From NCBI GenBank assembly GCA_965217185.1, contig OZ244252.1, positions 3,904,001 through 3,968,000 of the forward strand: a stretch of DNA of 64,000 nt. Reading direction: 5' to 3'. This document shows positions 39,369 through 50,911 of the stretch, piece by piece. The position numbers and the translations under genes were made by a program. The stretch's first letter is position 1, and each line of letters begins with the position of its first letter. The notes beneath the pieces are model-generated. The model was not told the origin of the DNA, did not search any database, and worked only from the letters and a program-made list of their open reading frames with translations. Source of the DNA: an uncultured Candidatus Entotheonella sp. GTDB lineage: Bacteria; Tectomicrobia; Entotheonellia; Entotheonellales; Entotheonellaceae.

Positions 39369-39563
39369 GACTTCCGCTCGGGAAACGACGTTGGCAGGGT
39401 GCGAAGGAATTCTGTTCCCCCCGTTGAACCGATGCGCGATTATACACGCAGCTTGTAGCAGGAACAGTCGAGCACCGAACCGGCGCATCTTCCCTCAATC
39501 CGTCTATCGGTTTATGATTCGGATGGAAAGCGGCTTAAAACACAAATAAAGGGAGGCAGGTGA

Positions 39564-40196
39564 ATGGAAACCGTTATCGTTGCCATTATCGGTATCGTCG
39601 GGGCGCTGCTGGCGGGAGCGATCGGGCGTCCGGGGCAAGTCGAACCGGGAGCGGCATCGACCGGGGTGGACCCGGTGGCACGGGTGGCGGCCCTGGTCGG
39701 CGGGGTGTTGGGACTGACTGCGGTTGTCCTCGTCGTCATGGTGTCCGTGGGGCCGCTACATCGGCTCGAAGAAGTGGGCCAGCGCCTTGAGGACCTCGGC
39801 CACCTGACCGTCAAATCCACCAAGACCCTCGCCGACTTCGCCGCCTCGCCGGACGAGATCGGCGCCGCTGCTCAGATCAAGGTGCTGACAGCCGCCGCCA
39901 AGGCCATTCTCGACGGCAACGGACCCCAGATCATGACCGCCGCCGGCAGGCGCTGGGCGGTCGGCGACGTAGTTTACGTCAACGAAGGCCAATGGATCAC
40001 GCCGCTGCATCCCCAAGGCCGCCGCGACCGCACCCCCGCCAGCGAAACCTGCGGCATCGAACCCGCCGGCACCCTGACCATCCGCGGCTTCAGCGAACCC
40101 CGCCGAGTAGCCCTTCTCCAATACACCCCGCCCGGTGCTGTCACCTCCGGCACCCGCTGCCCCTCCGGCACGTACTTCTTCTACCGGGTCAAGTGA
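39564..40196 (+). CDS. Hypothetical membrane protein with C-terminal two-Cys domain
   Basis: RBS GGAGG; two TM segments; its 3' part is duplicated at 53819. Confidence 0.6.
   Translation: METVIVAIIGIVGALLAGAIGRPGQVEPGAASTGVDPVARVAALVGGVLGLTAVVLVVMVSVGPLHRLEEVGQRLEDLGHLTVKSTKTLADFAASPDEIGAAAQIKVLTAAAKAILDGNGPQIMTAAGRRWAVGDVVYVNEGQWITPLHPQGRRDRTPASETCGIEPAGTLTIRGFSEPRRVALLQYTPPGAVTSGTRCPSGTYFFYRVK
40002..40194 (+). repeat. Direct repeat copy 1, left of BREX cluster
   Basis: CCGCTGCATCCCCAAGGCCGCCGCGACCGCACCCCCGCCAGCGAAACCTGCGGCATC...ACCGGGTCAAGT recurs at 53819-53969. Confidence 0.9.
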
Positions 40197-40208
40197 AGGA
40201 AAAGCGTG

Positions 40209-40657
40209 ATGGCGGAACCCCTTGCAGACCAGATCATGTGCAAGGCCAAGCAAGCCGTCGAACTCTATCATCGGTTGATACTGCTCGTTGCGCCAGCCAG
40301 CGCCGGCAAGACCGGTGCGCCGTTGGTCAATGTCACCCTCGATCTTTCTCGCCGGATGCTGGAATTGACCAAGCGTCAGCGGGCGCCATACAGCTACCTA
40401 GTCTCCTTCAAGAGGTCGCCGGCAATAGTGGCGGCGAGATGATCCTGCTCGACAACATTGAAGTCATCTTCGACGTTGGCCTGAAACAGGACCCGCTTCG
40501 GTTACTTCAGGGACTCTCCCGCAACAAGACCGTGGTGGCTGCATGGAACGGCGCCATCGTTGACGATTCTTTGACCTATGCCGTTCCGGCCCATCCGGAA
40601 TACAGGCGCTATCCAATGCGTGATATTCTGGCGGTAAGCCCGGAGGCGACGACATGA
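40209..40657 (+). pseudogene. brxF: BREX-3 P-loop protein BrxF, frameshifted at ~40385 with short internal deletion
   Basis: LYHRLILLV..AGKT..SRRMLELT.RQRA then LLDNIEVIFD..LKQDPLRLLQGLSRNK..HPEYRRYP. Confidence 0.8.
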
Positions 40658-40691
40658 AGACAACAAACTTCGTTGCAAGAGAGTAGGTGCG

Positions 40692-43600
40692 ATGAAATAC
40701 GGTGACCTGATCCAGTTTGGACCTATCGAATCCGTGGTCCAGTTGCGGGACGCCGACACAACAACTGCAGCCCGGCAACTTGTCGAGACCTACGTCATTT
40801 CCGAGGAGATGGCGGAAAGGCTGGTGGAACTGGTGATCCCCCAGCTACAGTTCGAGCAGCCCACCGATAACAAGGGCCTTCTGGTCGTCGGCAACTACGG
40901 CGCCGGGAAGTCCCACCTCATGTCGGTCATTTCCGCGCTTGCGGAGAATCCCGACCTCGCCACCAGCCTCAACAACGCTGCCGTAGCGGATGCCGCCGGA
41001 AAAATCAGCGGCCGGTTCAGAGTGGTCCGTACCGAAATCGGAGCCACCACCATGTCCCTGCGGGACATCCTTGTGGCCGAGTTGGAAGAGCACCTGGCAG
41101 CGATGGGCGTGAGCTACAGCTTCCCCGCCATCGACCAGGTATCCGGCAGCAAGGACGCTTTCGAAGAGATGATGTCCGTTTTCCACCAAACGTTTCCGGA
41201 CCACGGTCTGCTTCTCGTGGTGGACGAGTTGCTTGATTACCTGCGCACTCGCAAGGATCAGGAACTCATCCTGGACCTGAACTTCCTCCGCGAAATCGGC
41301 GAGGTGTGCAGGGACCTGCGGTTTCGCTTCATGGCCGGCGTGCAGGAAGCCATCTTTGACAGTCCCCGTTTTTCCTTCGTGGCCGACAGCGTCCGCCGAG
41401 TCCAGGATCGCTTCCAGCAGGTTCTCATTGCCCATAAGGACGTCAAATTCGTGGTGGCTGAGCGCCTGCTCAAGAAGACCGGCGAGCAACAGGCCAGGAT
41501 ACGCGAGTATCTGACGCCCTTCGCCAAGTTCTACGGCGACATGAACGAGCGCATGGACGAGTTCGTCCGCCTGTTCCCGGTGCATCCCGACTATATCGAC
41601 ACCTTTGAACGCGTGACGGTCGTGGAAAAACGCGAGGCGCTGAAAACCCTGTCGCTGGCCATGAAAAGGATGCTTGACCGGGACGTGCCGGACGACCGGC
41701 CCGGGCTTATTGCCTACGACACGTACTGGTCCAACCTCCGAGACAATCCTTCGTTCCGCGCTGTTCCGGATATCAGGACAGTCATCGACTGCAGCCAGGT
41801 GCTGGAGTCGCGCATCCAGCAAGCTTTCACCCGCCCGGCATACAAGCCCATGGCGCTGCGGCTCATCCATGCCCTGTCGGTGCACCGGCTTACCACCGGC
41901 GATATTTATGCCGCCCTGGGCGCAACGGCCAGGGAGCTACGCGACGGGCTCTGCCTCTATCAACCCGGCATCGAGGACCTGGGGGGCGATCCGGCATACG
42001 ACCTGCTTTCTCAAGTGGAGACCGTCCTGCAAGCCATCCATAAGACGGTCAGCGGACAATTCATCTCATCGAACCCGGACAACCAACAGTTCTATCTCGA
42101 CCTGAAGAAGACGGACGATTTCGACGCGCTGATCGAAAATCGCGCCGAGAGCCTCGATGCCTCCCAACTCGACCGTTACTACTATGAGGCCCTGAAACGG
42201 GTGATGGAATGCACGGACCAAACCTACGTGACCGGCTACAAGATCTGGCAGCATGAGTTGGAGTGGCTGGAGCGCAAGGCCGCACGCCAGGGATACCTCT
42301 TTTTCGGCGCACCCAATGAACGTTCCACCGCCGTTCCCCGGCGAGACTTTTACCTTTATTTCGTCCAGCCCTTCGATACACCGCATTTCAAGGATGAACA
42401 GAACGCCGACGAATTGCTCCTGCGGCTCACCAACCGGGACGATGAATTCCTCACCGCGCTCAGACATTACGCCGCAGCCCTGGACTTGGCCTCTACCTCG
42501 TCGGGGCACGCTAAATCAACCTACGAGTCCAGGTCATCCCATTTTCTGCGGACCCTGGTTCAGTGGCTGCAGAAACACATAGCCGACGCCTTTGAAGTCA
42601 CCTACCAGGGCCGCACCAGGCCGCTCACCGAATGGGCCAAGGGCAAGTCAATCCGGGCCCTGTCCGGCATCAGCCATCACGAGCGCATCAACTTCCGTGA
42701 TCTGGTTAACACCATCGCCGGCATCTGTCTGGAGACAAACTTCCAGAATCGGGCACCTGAATATCCCTCCTTCTCGGTCCTCATCACTGGGGCCAACCGG
42801 GAACAGGCGGCGCAGGACGCCCTGCGCGCCATCGCCGGCCAGAACCGCACCAGACAAGCGCGGGCGGTGCTTGATGCCCTGGAACTGCTCGATGGCGAAC
42901 GACTCGATCCCGACAAGTCGAAGTACGCCAAGTACATCCTCGGCCTGCTGACAAGAAAAGGCCACGGCCAAGTGGTCAATCGCTCTGAGTTGATCCAGGA
43001 CGACAACAGCGTGGAATACATGGACAAGGACCGGCAGCGTCTGGAGCCCGAATGGGTTGCGGTTGTACTGGCGGCCCTGGTTTATTCCGGCGATCTGGTT
43101 CTCGCCATACCGGGCAAGAAGTTCGACGCCACCAGTCTGCCGCAACTGGCAGGAATCAGCGTGGACGAACTCGCGCAATTCAAACACATCGAGCAGCCCA
43201 AGGACTGGAACCTGCCGGCGCTCAGAGCCCTGTTCGAACTGCTCGGGCTCCCACCGGGCATGGCGCAGGTAGTCACCCAAGGGAAGGAAGAATCGGTCCA
43301 GCCACTCCAGACAGCCATCTCCGAACGGGTGGGAAAACTGGTGCTCCTGCAGCAGGGCCTGCAAAGCGGCCTGCGCTTCTGGGGCCGCAACCTGCTGTCC
43401 GAGGAAGAGGCACTTAAGCATCGCGTCCGGCTCGACGAGACCAAGACTTTCCTGGAATCGCTCCAAGCCTATACCTCACCCGGCAGGCTCAAGAATTTCC
43501 GTTACACTGCCCAGGAGATCACCGCTCATCGGGAAGGCCTCAATTCCCTGGCTGAGATCGGCTCCTTCCGGGAACTGGTGACGGACCTGGGCCCCGCCGC

Positions 43601-44420
43601 GTCGTTTCTTTCCGCTGCCGAGGTGGCGCTGCCCACGGAACACGAGTGGACACACAAAATGAAAGCGGCGCGGGACGAGATTCTCGCCCAGTGCGGTGGC
43701 CCGGACGGGCACGGCGTGACCCGGCGCAAACTGGCTGGCCTCAAGAAAGCCTACGTACAGACTTACCTGGACCTGCACACCCGGGCGCGGCTGGGCGTGA
43801 ACGAAGACAGGCGCAAGACCGGGCTTATGGGCGACGGACGGCTCAAGGTGCTGGAGAAACTGTCTGCCATCGAGTTGATGCCCCGCCAGCATCTGACCGA
43901 TTTTCAAAACCGCCTCGCCAGTCTGAAGAGTTGTTTCGCCCTGACAGAACAAGAGATCGACGCCTCACCGATCTGCCCGCACTGTAGCTACAAGCCCGGC
44001 GCAGAATCGCCCGCTGCACCCGTTGGAACGGTGCTGGACGGTTTGGACGACGAACTGGACGCGCTGGTGACAAGTTGGACCCGGACGCTGCTGACCAACC
44101 TGGCGGACCCGACCACCAAGGGCGATCTGGATTTGCTCAGGCCCGAATCCAAAGAGTTGGTAATGGGCTTTATGAAGGAACGAATCCTGCCGGACGAACT
44201 CGACCAGGACTTCATCCACGCCCTGAGCGAGGCGCTTTCCGGTCTCCAGAAGGTACCGGTCAAGGCCGCTGCCCTGCGCAACGCCCTGCTCTCCGGCGGT
44301 TCACCGGCGACGCCGGCGGAAATGAAGAAACGTTTCGAGGCGCACCTGGACGAACTCACCAAGGGCAAAGAGCCGGGCAAAGTGCGGATCGTGCTGGAGT
44401 GGACGCATGACGCAGGATGA
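40692..44420 (+). CDS. brxC: BREX-3 ATPase BrxC/PglY (DUF6079-type)
   Basis: [37 protein letters not shown]-terminal CPHC; 1242 aa. Confidence 0.88.
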   Translation: MKYGDLIQFGPIESVVQLRDADTTTAARQLVETYVISEEMAERLVELVIPQLQFEQPTDNKGLLVVGNYGAGKSHLMSVISALAENPDLATSLNNAAVADAAGKISGRFRVVRTEIGATTMSLRDILVAELEEHLAAMGVSYSFPAIDQVSGSKDAFEEMMSVFHQTFPDHGLLLVVDELLDYLRTRKDQELILDLNFLREIGEVCRDLRFRFMAGVQEAIFDSPRFSFVADSVRRVQDRFQQVLIAHKDVKFVVAERLLKKTGEQQARIREYLTPFAKFYGDMNERMDEFVRLFPVHPDYIDTFERVTVVEKREALKTLSLAMKRMLDRDVPDDRPGLIAYDTYWSNLRDNPSFRAVPDIRTVIDCSQVLESRIQQAFTRPAYKPMALRLIHALSVHRLTTGDIYAALGATARELRDGLCLYQPGIEDLGGDPAYDLLSQVETVLQAIHKTVSGQFISSNPDNQQFYLDLKKTDDFDALIENRAESLDASQLDRYYYEALKRVMECTDQTYVTGYKIWQHELEWLERKAARQGYLFFGAPNERSTAVPRRDFYLYFVQPFDTPHFKDEQNADELLLRLTNRDDEFLTALRHYAAALDLASTSSGHAKSTYESRSSHFLRTLVQWLQKHIADAFEVTYQGRTRPLTEWAKGKSIRALSGISHHERINFRDLVNTIAGICLETNFQNRAPEYPSFSVLITGANREQAAQDALRAIAGQNRTRQARAVLDALELLDGERLDPDKSKYAKYILGLLTRKGHGQVVNRSELIQDDNSVEYMDKDRQRLEPEWVAVVLAALVYSGDLVLAIPGKKFDATSLPQLAGISVDELAQFKHIEQPKDWNLPALRALFELLGLPPGMAQVVTQGKEESVQPLQTAISERVGKLVLLQQGLQSGLRFWGRNLLSEEEALKHRVRLDETKTFLESLQAYTSPGRLKNFRYTAQEITAHREGLNSLAEIGSFRELVTDLGPAASFLSAAEVALPTEHEWTHKMKAARDEILAQCGGPDGHGVTRRKLAGLKKAYVQTYLDLHTRARLGVNEDRRKTGLMGDGRLKVLEKLSAIELMPRQHLTDFQNRLASLKSCFALTEQEIDASPICPHCSYKPGAESPAAPVGTVLDGLDDELDALVTSWTRTLLTNLADPTTKGDLDLLRPESKELVMGFMKERILPDELDQDFIHALSEALSGLQKVPVKAAALRNALLSGGSPATPAEMKKRFEAHLDELTKGKEPGKVRIVLEWTHDAG

Positions 44421-46218
44421 GCTGATCGAACTGCTCAATGCGCATGAATGGCGTGACGTCGAGTTCAAGGAAGCGCAACGCGCCGTGCCGCGCAATGCCT
44501 ATGAGACGGTATCCGCGTTTGCAAACACCGACGGCGGCCATCTTGTGTTCGGTGTCAGGAAAAACGGACAAGACTTCAAGGTCGTCGGGGTTCTTGACGT
44601 TGACAAGGTTCAGAACGAGTTCCTGACGGCGCTTCGGCAACCCGACAAGATAAGCGTAGTGGTGGATGTTCAGGAGGAACTGCACCAGTACAACGACTCG
44701 GATCTGCTTATCTTCTACGTGCCCGAAGTACATCGCTCGCACAAGCCCGTCTTCCTCAATAGGGATATTCGTCGCTCGTTCGTTCGCAGTGGAGGGAGCG
44801 ACGTTCGCTGCTCGGACAATGAGCGCAATCGATTCCTCATGGACGCGGCGGCGGAACGCTATGACGGCCAAGCCGTTGCCTTCAACCTGGATACTGCGTT
44901 CGATTCGGACAGCATCAGGTGGTACCGGGCGATCTATGAGGGACGTCCGGGAAATCGCTCCCATGCGACGCTGCCCGACACGGACTTCCTCAAGGAGATG
45001 GGTCTGCTTGTTGAAGAGCACGGCCAAGTACTCCCATCCCGCGCGGCGATTCTTCTCTTCGGCGCCAATGCAACCTTCCGACAACTTCTGCCGCGGCCCG
45101 TCGTGGATTGCCAGCGATTTTCGCTGAACCGTGACAGGGCCGATACCGGCGAACGCTGGATCGACCGCCGTGTTTTGGACGAAAACCTCGTCCGTACGTG
45201 GCAAGCCCTTATCGATTGGTATCAACGATTTGCGGATCAACCGTTCCGGATTGACCCGACATCCTTGCAGCGTGACGATGCGCCGCCGGACTACCGCGCC
45301 TTTCGCGAATCAATGGTCAACCTGCTCATCCACCAGGATTACGCCGATCACTCCCGCAAAGCGGATATTCGCCACTATGCCGACCAGACTGTTTTCTGGA
45401 ATCCCGGCGACGCCTTTGCCACCGATACCGACTTGCTCGAACCCGGCGAAAAGGAGGTTCGCAATTCCCGGATCGTGACCGCCTTCCGGCGCATCGGCCT
45501 GAGCGAGAATGCCGGATGGGGCCTGCGCGACGTCTTCCGAAACTGGCAGCAATTAGGCCACGTTCCACCCACCATCGCTAACATCAAGGCGCATAAATGC
45601 TTTGAACTCGTCCTGAAAAAAGAAGAGCTTCTGTCGGAGCAACAGGTTCTTTTCCAGGCCAGTCTCGGGGTACAACTTACTGATGAACAGGCAAGAGTAT
45701 TTGCTGCCGGCTGCCGGGAAAAGGCGATCACGCTTCCGCAGATCAAGGCCATAACGGGTCTGGCAGGACCGGACGCCGTAGCGCTTGCCGATGCGTTGGT
45801 GACAAAAGTGCTCTTCAGAACCATCGAAGCCGGCAATACATACGCCCTGGCCGAGCACCTGACCGAACACCCCGCTCTGACTGACCAGGTTGACGACGAA
45901 AAGGCGGACTTGGTCACTGACCAAGCTGACGCTGTAACGGGTAAGTTGGTCAGTGACCAACCTCAGCGGCTTCAAAACCTGACTGAGAATCAGTGGAAGA
46001 TCGTAATGCTCTGCGACGTACCGCGCTCCGTGGCTGACATGATGGGCAAACTCGGATTGACACACCGGACCTTCTTCCGGCGCCATCACCTGGAGCCACT
46101 GGTGCGGGGCGGCGTGCTCCGAATGACGCATCCGGAGCAACCGAACCATCCGGACCAAGCCTATGTGCTGACTGAGGACGGCCTGAACCTCAAGGCCCGG
46201 CGTGTGAACGGAGATTAG
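44407..46218 (+). CDS. AlbA_2/Schlafen-like domain plus HATPase-like and HTH protein (RecG_C-type)
   Basis: [41 protein letters not shown]-terminal [14 protein letters not shown]. Confidence 0.8.
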   Translation: MTQDELIELLNAHEWRDVEFKEAQRAVPRNAYETVSAFANTDGGHLVFGVRKNGQDFKVVGVLDVDKVQNEFLTALRQPDKISVVVDVQEELHQYNDSDLLIFYVPEVHRSHKPVFLNRDIRRSFVRSGGSDVRCSDNERNRFLMDAAAERYDGQAVAFNLDTAFDSDSIRWYRAIYEGRPGNRSHATLPDTDFLKEMGLLVEEHGQVLPSRAAILLFGANATFRQLLPRPVVDCQRFSLNRDRADTGERWIDRRVLDENLVRTWQALIDWYQRFADQPFRIDPTSLQRDDAPPDYRAFRESMVNLLIHQDYADHSRKADIRHYADQTVFWNPGDAFATDTDLLEPGEKEVRNSRIVTAFRRIGLSENAGWGLRDVFRNWQQLGHVPPTIANIKAHKCFELVLKKEELLSEQQVLFQASLGVQLTDEQARVFAAGCREKAITLPQIKAITGLAGPDAVALADALVTKVLFRTIEAGNTYALAEHLTEHPALTDQVDDEKADLVTDQADAVTGKLVSDQPQRLQNLTENQWKIVMLCDVPRSVADMMGKLGLTHRTFFRRHHLEPLVRGGVLRMTHPEQPNHPDQAYVLTEDGLNLKARRVNGD

Positions 46219-46220
46219 GG

Positions 46221-49061
46221 ATGGCGCGAAGCGAGCCTGATCACCAGACGAGACGGCTTTTCCGGGACATGTCTGGACAAGATGACTTGTTCGAGAAGTC
46301 CTACGAAGAAGAGCTTGAAGCCCGGCTCGGCCAACCGGTCGCTTGCCTCGGAATGACGTTCGAAAACGACGAGAAACGCCGGGAGTATTTTCTGGAGAAA
46401 TTACGCCAGAAGCTCAGGGACCCGGAGTTCCGCAAGATCGAGGGATTCCCGATTGGCGAGGACGAGGACATTCTGGCTTTGTCCGACCCGCCGTACTACA
46501 CCGCTTGCCCCAATCCCTTCCTGACCGAGTTCGTCGAGTATTATGGTCGTCTCCACAACCCCGAAGAGCCATACCACCGCGAACCGTTCGCGGTAGACGT
46601 GAGCGAGGGCAAGACCGACCCGCTCTACAAAGCCCACGGCTACCACACCAAGGTCCCGCACCGGGCAATCGTCCCGTCCATTCTGCACTACACCAAGCCG
46701 GGGGATATCGTCTTGGATGGCTTTTGCGGCTCCGGTATGGCCGGTGTGGCGGCGCAGTGGTGCGGCACGGCGCCGGCAGCATACCGCGAGGAATTGGAAC
46801 AGCGATGGAAGGCGGAAGGACGGGAGTTGCCGGAATGGGGCGCGCGACGTGTGATTCTCGGCGACCTCTCCCCGGCTGCCACCTTCATTGCCGCCAACTA
46901 CAACCTTCCGTTCGACGTAGCGACGTTCAGTGAAGCCGCCCGCCGACTTCTGGGGGAAGTAGAAGCGGAGGTCGGCTGGATGTATGAGACCCTCCACACT
47001 GATGGGAAGACCAAGGGGCGTATCAATTACACGGTCTGGAGCGAGGTGTTCTCTTGTCCGGAGTGCGCGGGTGAAGTCGTGTTTCTCGATGAGGCGCTGG
47101 ACCAGCAGACCAAAAAGACCCGATCTGAATTTCCATGTCCACACTGCTCGGCGGAGTTGACCAAGGACAATCTCGAACGGTTTTTCGAGACACTCGCTGA
47201 CCCAGCTTCGGGCGAGCCTTGGAAACGGATTCGCCTCCGGCCGGTCCTCATCAACTACAGCGTTGGCAAAGATCGCTACGAAAAAGAACCGGACAGCACC
47301 GATCATTCCATTCTCGACCGCATCGCCAATCTCCGGTTATCGCCTGAAGTCCCGGCGAACCCTTTCCGAATTGATGAGATGTACCACGGGTCGCGACTCG
47401 CTCCAAAGGGCTTTACGCACGTGCACCACATGTTCCTGCCGCGCGCTGCTCATGCGCTGGCGGCAATGTGGCACCGCGCCGATGGATGCGCTGACAGCCG
47501 TCTACGCAACATGCTGCTGTTCTTCGTCGAGCAGGCGGTATGGAGCATGTCATTATTGAATCGATTTCGACCTACTGGGTACTCACAGGTCAATCAATAT
47601 CTGACAGGTGTCTACTACGTCCCGTCGCAGAATTCGGAACTTAGTCCCTGGTATATCCTTGATGGCAAGCTGCGGCGGTTAAGCATGGCTTTCAAACCGA
47701 GGTCCTCCCAGGCCAACGCCGCAATGATTTCAACCGGGGGCTGCAGCAGCTTCGATCTGGCCGACAATTCCATCGATTACGTGTTCACCGACCCGCCATT
47801 CGGCGAGAACATCTACTACGCCGACCTCAACTATCTCGTCGAGTCGTGGCATCGCATTCTCACGCACAGCGAGCCCGAAGCCATTGTCGATCAGGCCAAA
47901 GGAAAGGCAATCGCTGACTATCAGCACTTGATGCGGCGCTGCTTCGCAGAGTACTGCCGCGTCCTCAAGCCCGGCCGCTGGATGACCGTCGTCTTCCACA
48001 ACTCCAGGAACGCGGTCTGGAACGCCATTCAGGAGGCCATGTTGGCAGCCGGCTTTGTGGTCGCGGACGTTCGAACCCTCGACAAAAAACAAGGTTCGTA
48101 CCGGCAGGTCACGAGCACCGCCGTCAAGCAGGATCTGGTGATCTCCGCCTATAAACCGAACGGTGGATTGGAGAACCGCTTCCGCCTCGCAGCGGGAACC
48201 GAAGACGGTGTATGGGATTTCGTTCGCACCCACATGCGACAGCTTCCCGTGTTCGTCGCCAAGGACGGGCAGGCCGAGACGATTGCCGAACGTCAGAACT
48301 ACCTGCTCTATGACCGGATGGTTGCCTTCCACGTCCAGCGCAGCGTGACGGTTCCTCTATCCGCCGCCGAGTTTTACGCCGGTCTGGAACAGCGGTTTCC
48401 TCCTCGTGACGGCATGTATTTCCTGCCCGACCAGGCTGCGGAGTACGACAAAAGACGCATGACGGTCAAGGAGATTCTCCAGCTTCAGCTTTTCGTCTCC
48501 GACGAGGCGTCGGCCATCCAATGGCTCAGACAGCAACTCACCAAAAAGCCGCAGACCTTCCAGGACCTCCACCCGCAATTCCTGAAAGAAATCGGCGGCT
48601 GGCAGAAGCAGGAAAAGGTCCTGGAGCTTTCCGCCCTGCTTGCAGAGAATTTCCTGCGCTACGACGGCCAGGGCGAGGTGCCCAGCCCGATCCATAGTTA
48701 CCTGTCTTCGAACTTCAGAGACCTGCGCAACCTGGAAAAGACCGACCCGGCGCTTAGAGGCAGAGCTCAGAACCGCTGGTACGTGCCCGATCCGAACAAG
48801 GCCGGCGACCTGGAGAAGCTGCGCGAACGAGCCCTGATGCGCGAGTTCGACGAGTATCGGGAATCCCAACAGAAGCGCTTGAGGGTGTTTCGCCTTGAGG
48901 CCGTCCGGACCGGATTCAAGAAGGCATGGCAGGAGCGCGACTACGCCACGATTATCGCCGTGGCCCGCAAGATACCGGAAAGCATCCTGCAGGAGGACCC
49001 CAAGCTCCTCATGTGGTACGACCAAGCGGTCACGCGTTCGGAGGGACAAGCGTATAGTTAG
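46221..49061 (+). CDS. BREX-3 DNA methyltransferase (PglXI-type)
   Basis: LSDPPYYTACPNP, HGYHTKVP, LDGFCGSG, CPEC/CPHC, FTDPPF, RWYVPDPNKA.DLEKLRE. Confidence 0.88.
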   Translation: MARSEPDHQTRRLFRDMSGQDDLFEKSYEEELEARLGQPVACLGMTFENDEKRREYFLEKLRQKLRDPEFRKIEGFPIGEDEDILALSDPPYYTACPNPFLTEFVEYYGRLHNPEEPYHREPFAVDVSEGKTDPLYKAHGYHTKVPHRAIVPSILHYTKPGDIVLDGFCGSGMAGVAAQWCGTAPAAYREELEQRWKAEGRELPEWGARRVILGDLSPAATFIAANYNLPFDVATFSEAARRLLGEVEAEVGWMYETLHTDGKTKGRINYTVWSEVFSCPECAGEVVFLDEALDQQTKKTRSEFPCPHCSAELTKDNLERFFETLADPASGEPWKRIRLRPVLINYSVGKDRYEKEPDSTDHSILDRIANLRLSPEVPANPFRIDEMYHGSRLAPKGFTHVHHMFLPRAAHALAAMWHRADGCADSRLRNMLLFFVEQAVWSMSLLNRFRPTGYSQVNQYLTGVYYVPSQNSELSPWYILDGKLRRLSMAFKPRSSQANAAMISTGGCSSFDLADNSIDYVFTDPPFGENIYYADLNYLVESWHRILTHSEPEAIVDQAKGKAIADYQHLMRRCFAEYCRVLKPGRWMTVVFHNSRNAVWNAIQEAMLAAGFVVADVRTLDKKQGSYRQVTSTAVKQDLVISAYKPNGGLENRFRLAAGTEDGVWDFVRTHMRQLPVFVAKDGQAETIAERQNYLLYDRMVAFHVQRSVTVPLSAAEFYAGLEQRFPPRDGMYFLPDQAAEYDKRRMTVKEILQLQLFVSDEASAIQWLRQQLTKKPQTFQDLHPQFLKEIGGWQKQEKVLELSALLAENFLRYDGQGEVPSPIHSYLSSNFRDLRNLEKTDPALRGRAQNRWYVPDPNKAGDLEKLRERALMREFDEYRESQQKRLRVFRLEAVRTGFKKAWQERDYATIIAVARKIPESILQEDPKLLMWYDQAVTRSEGQAYS

Positions 49062-49112
49062 GAAGTACCTTTGTCCGAACGAAAGTCGAAATGCCTAAGA
49101 GAGGAGAGCAAC

Positions 49113-49892
49113 GTGAATGGAAAAGAATTGAAGAACAAGCCGTTGGTTGAAGCCATTCTGGAATTCAAATGGGAACTGCCTGCCCAGACAACTTCGGGAA
49201 TCGAGACAGATCCTCATTACAGGCTGTTACTTGGGCGCTTTTCAGAAAAGATGGAAAGCGACTATCCCTTCCACGAGCCGCTTCCAACCAGCCAAATTCC
49301 CGACGCGATGGCAGTGCATATGGCACAGCATCGTTTCCGTGCTTCAGAAGGCGGATGGCCACTCATCCAACTTGGTCCTGGATTGATGACTGTGAACGAA
49401 ACCGAGGGCTACACATGGAACAATTTCAAACAGCGTTGCGACAAAGCTGTCATGAGCCTATTCAACGCCCATCCAGCCAAGGGAGAATTCAAGGTTCAGG
49501 ATTTAACGCTTCGATACATAGACGCCGTGGATGTGGATTTTAGGCAGGAGAGCGTCTTCGATTTTCTTCAGGATAAAATGAAGACAAGCGTCTCCCTACC
49601 CGATGATTTATTCATCGGCGGAAGAGTTGAGAAGAATCCGTCGGCTTTTAACTGGCAGGCGTCTTTTCCCACCGATGATCCTGGCGGCATTATTACATTG
49701 CGATTCGCTACCGGGAAACGTAAGCACAGACCAGCCTTGATATGGGAGATCTTGGCTCAGGCGACATACGAACATATCCCCGCAATCCCCGATGGCTTTC
49801 CAGAGTGGTTAGAGAAGGCCCACGACTTAACGGACGACTGGTTCTTTAGAATGATCGAAGGCGAACTGGAAAGGAGGTTTTCCGATGAGTAA
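49113..49892 (+). CDS. TIGR04255-family protein
   Basis: LKNKPLVEAILEFKW, QLGPG..TVN..Y.W..F, LRYID, AH...WFF; RBS GAGGAG. Confidence 0.75.
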   Translation: MNGKELKNKPLVEAILEFKWELPAQTTSGIETDPHYRLLLGRFSEKMESDYPFHEPLPTSQIPDAMAVHMAQHRFRASEGGWPLIQLGPGLMTVNETEGYTWNNFKQRCDKAVMSLFNAHPAKGEFKVQDLTLRYIDAVDVDFRQESVFDFLQDKMKTSVSLPDDLFIGGRVEKNPSAFNWQASFPTDDPGGIITLRFATGKRKHRPALIWEILAQATYEHIPAIPDGFPEWLEKAHDLTDDWFFRMIEGELERRFSDE

Positions 49893-50265
49893 CGACCTTG
49901 CAACCCTCGATCTCCAGAAAGGACTATCGGAAGCGGGTATCTCCTCATCAGAGACTTGGAGTAAAAGCTACGTCGAAAAAGGGCCAGCGACTATCCGGGA
50001 GTTCGCTCGGCTCCGGCAGGTCGAAGAAATAAATCTTACAATTTCTGCATCCCCCGCTACCGCTCTCGACCACTGGTTTTGGGACAGACGGGGAAACGAT
50101 GTATCCACGGCCACCTTGGCTTTTGAGAGTGTGATAGGTAGGCCAATCTCGCGTGCAGAAGCCCTGCGAGTCGCCCGTCAAATTATTGAATGCGCTGAAC
50201 AGGAACGTATCCAACTCGCCGAGTGGGAGGCGGAGCGAGGCATCCAGTGGGAGGAAGGCGAGTGA
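49885..50265 (+). CDS. Hypothetical protein (126 aa), middle gene of the TIGR04255 module
   Basis: Overlaps both neighbours; RBS AAGGAGG; charged helical C-terminus. Confidence 0.65.
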   Translation: MSNDLATLDLQKGLSEAGISSSETWSKSYVEKGPATIREFARLRQVEEINLTISASPATALDHWFWDRRGNDVSTATLAFESVIGRPISRAEALRVARQIIECAEQERIQLAEWEAERGIQWEEGE

Positions 50266-50909
50266 TCTACGAATTCCCCGATCAAACTGCACTGATCCGA
50301 CAAGGGGATATTTTTGTCGGACTCCCCCGAATTGACCTTTCACTCGAACAGATTTTGATCGTGGACAAAGACGGCGAACGAATTGCAAGGTGGGAGGAAC
50401 TGGCGAATCAGAACAGTCTCGTCAACATCATTGTGCCTGTCCGCCCTGTAGCTTCAATCGTCGCTACACAAGACTGCGATGCTTACCACAGCAGAGACAT
50501 TACACTGTGTGAAATCCGAGAATTCCGTGACGTGGAGAGGAAGAGCAAAGATACGAAGGCTGCCAAGAGCTGGAAGAACATTCTTACCCAACATGCACGG
50601 ATCAATCAGAAATGGTTTTATCTGCCTCCCAACGATCAACTTGAGTTCTCCGATAAGATGGCGGTTGATTTTCTTGTGACACTCCGCGTCCCTCGTAAGG
50701 ACTTGGAGAATCTTCGAGGATTAAGGCGTGGGCGACTAAACGCTACCGCCGATGAGCATTTCCGCGAGCGTATAGGGGAATTCTTTCGTCGTTATCCGTA
50801 CGACGAGTGGTACGCGCTAAACGAGGAAGAAATGGCTGAGTACATGAAGGAGTACCCGGGCACCGAGCCTTTTGACTGGCAGCGGGTCCGCCAAGAAGAC
50901 AACTGCTGA
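50262..50909 (+). CDS. Hypothetical protein with QGDI / TQDCD / VDF motifs (possible PemK/MazF-like fold)
   Basis: GTGA overlap with upstream stop; IRQGDIF, VATQDCD, WFYLP, AVDF, EHFRERIGEFFRRYP. Confidence 0.65.
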   Translation: MIYEFPDQTALIRQGDIFVGLPRIDLSLEQILIVDKDGERIARWEELANQNSLVNIIVPVRPVASIVATQDCDAYHSRDITLCEIREFRDVERKSKDTKAAKSWKNILTQHARINQKWFYLPPNDQLEFSDKMAVDFLVTLRVPRKDLENLRGLRRGRLNATADEHFRERIGEFFRRYPYDEWYALNEEEMAEYMKEYPGTEPFDWQRVRQEDNC

Positions 50910-50911
50910 CT

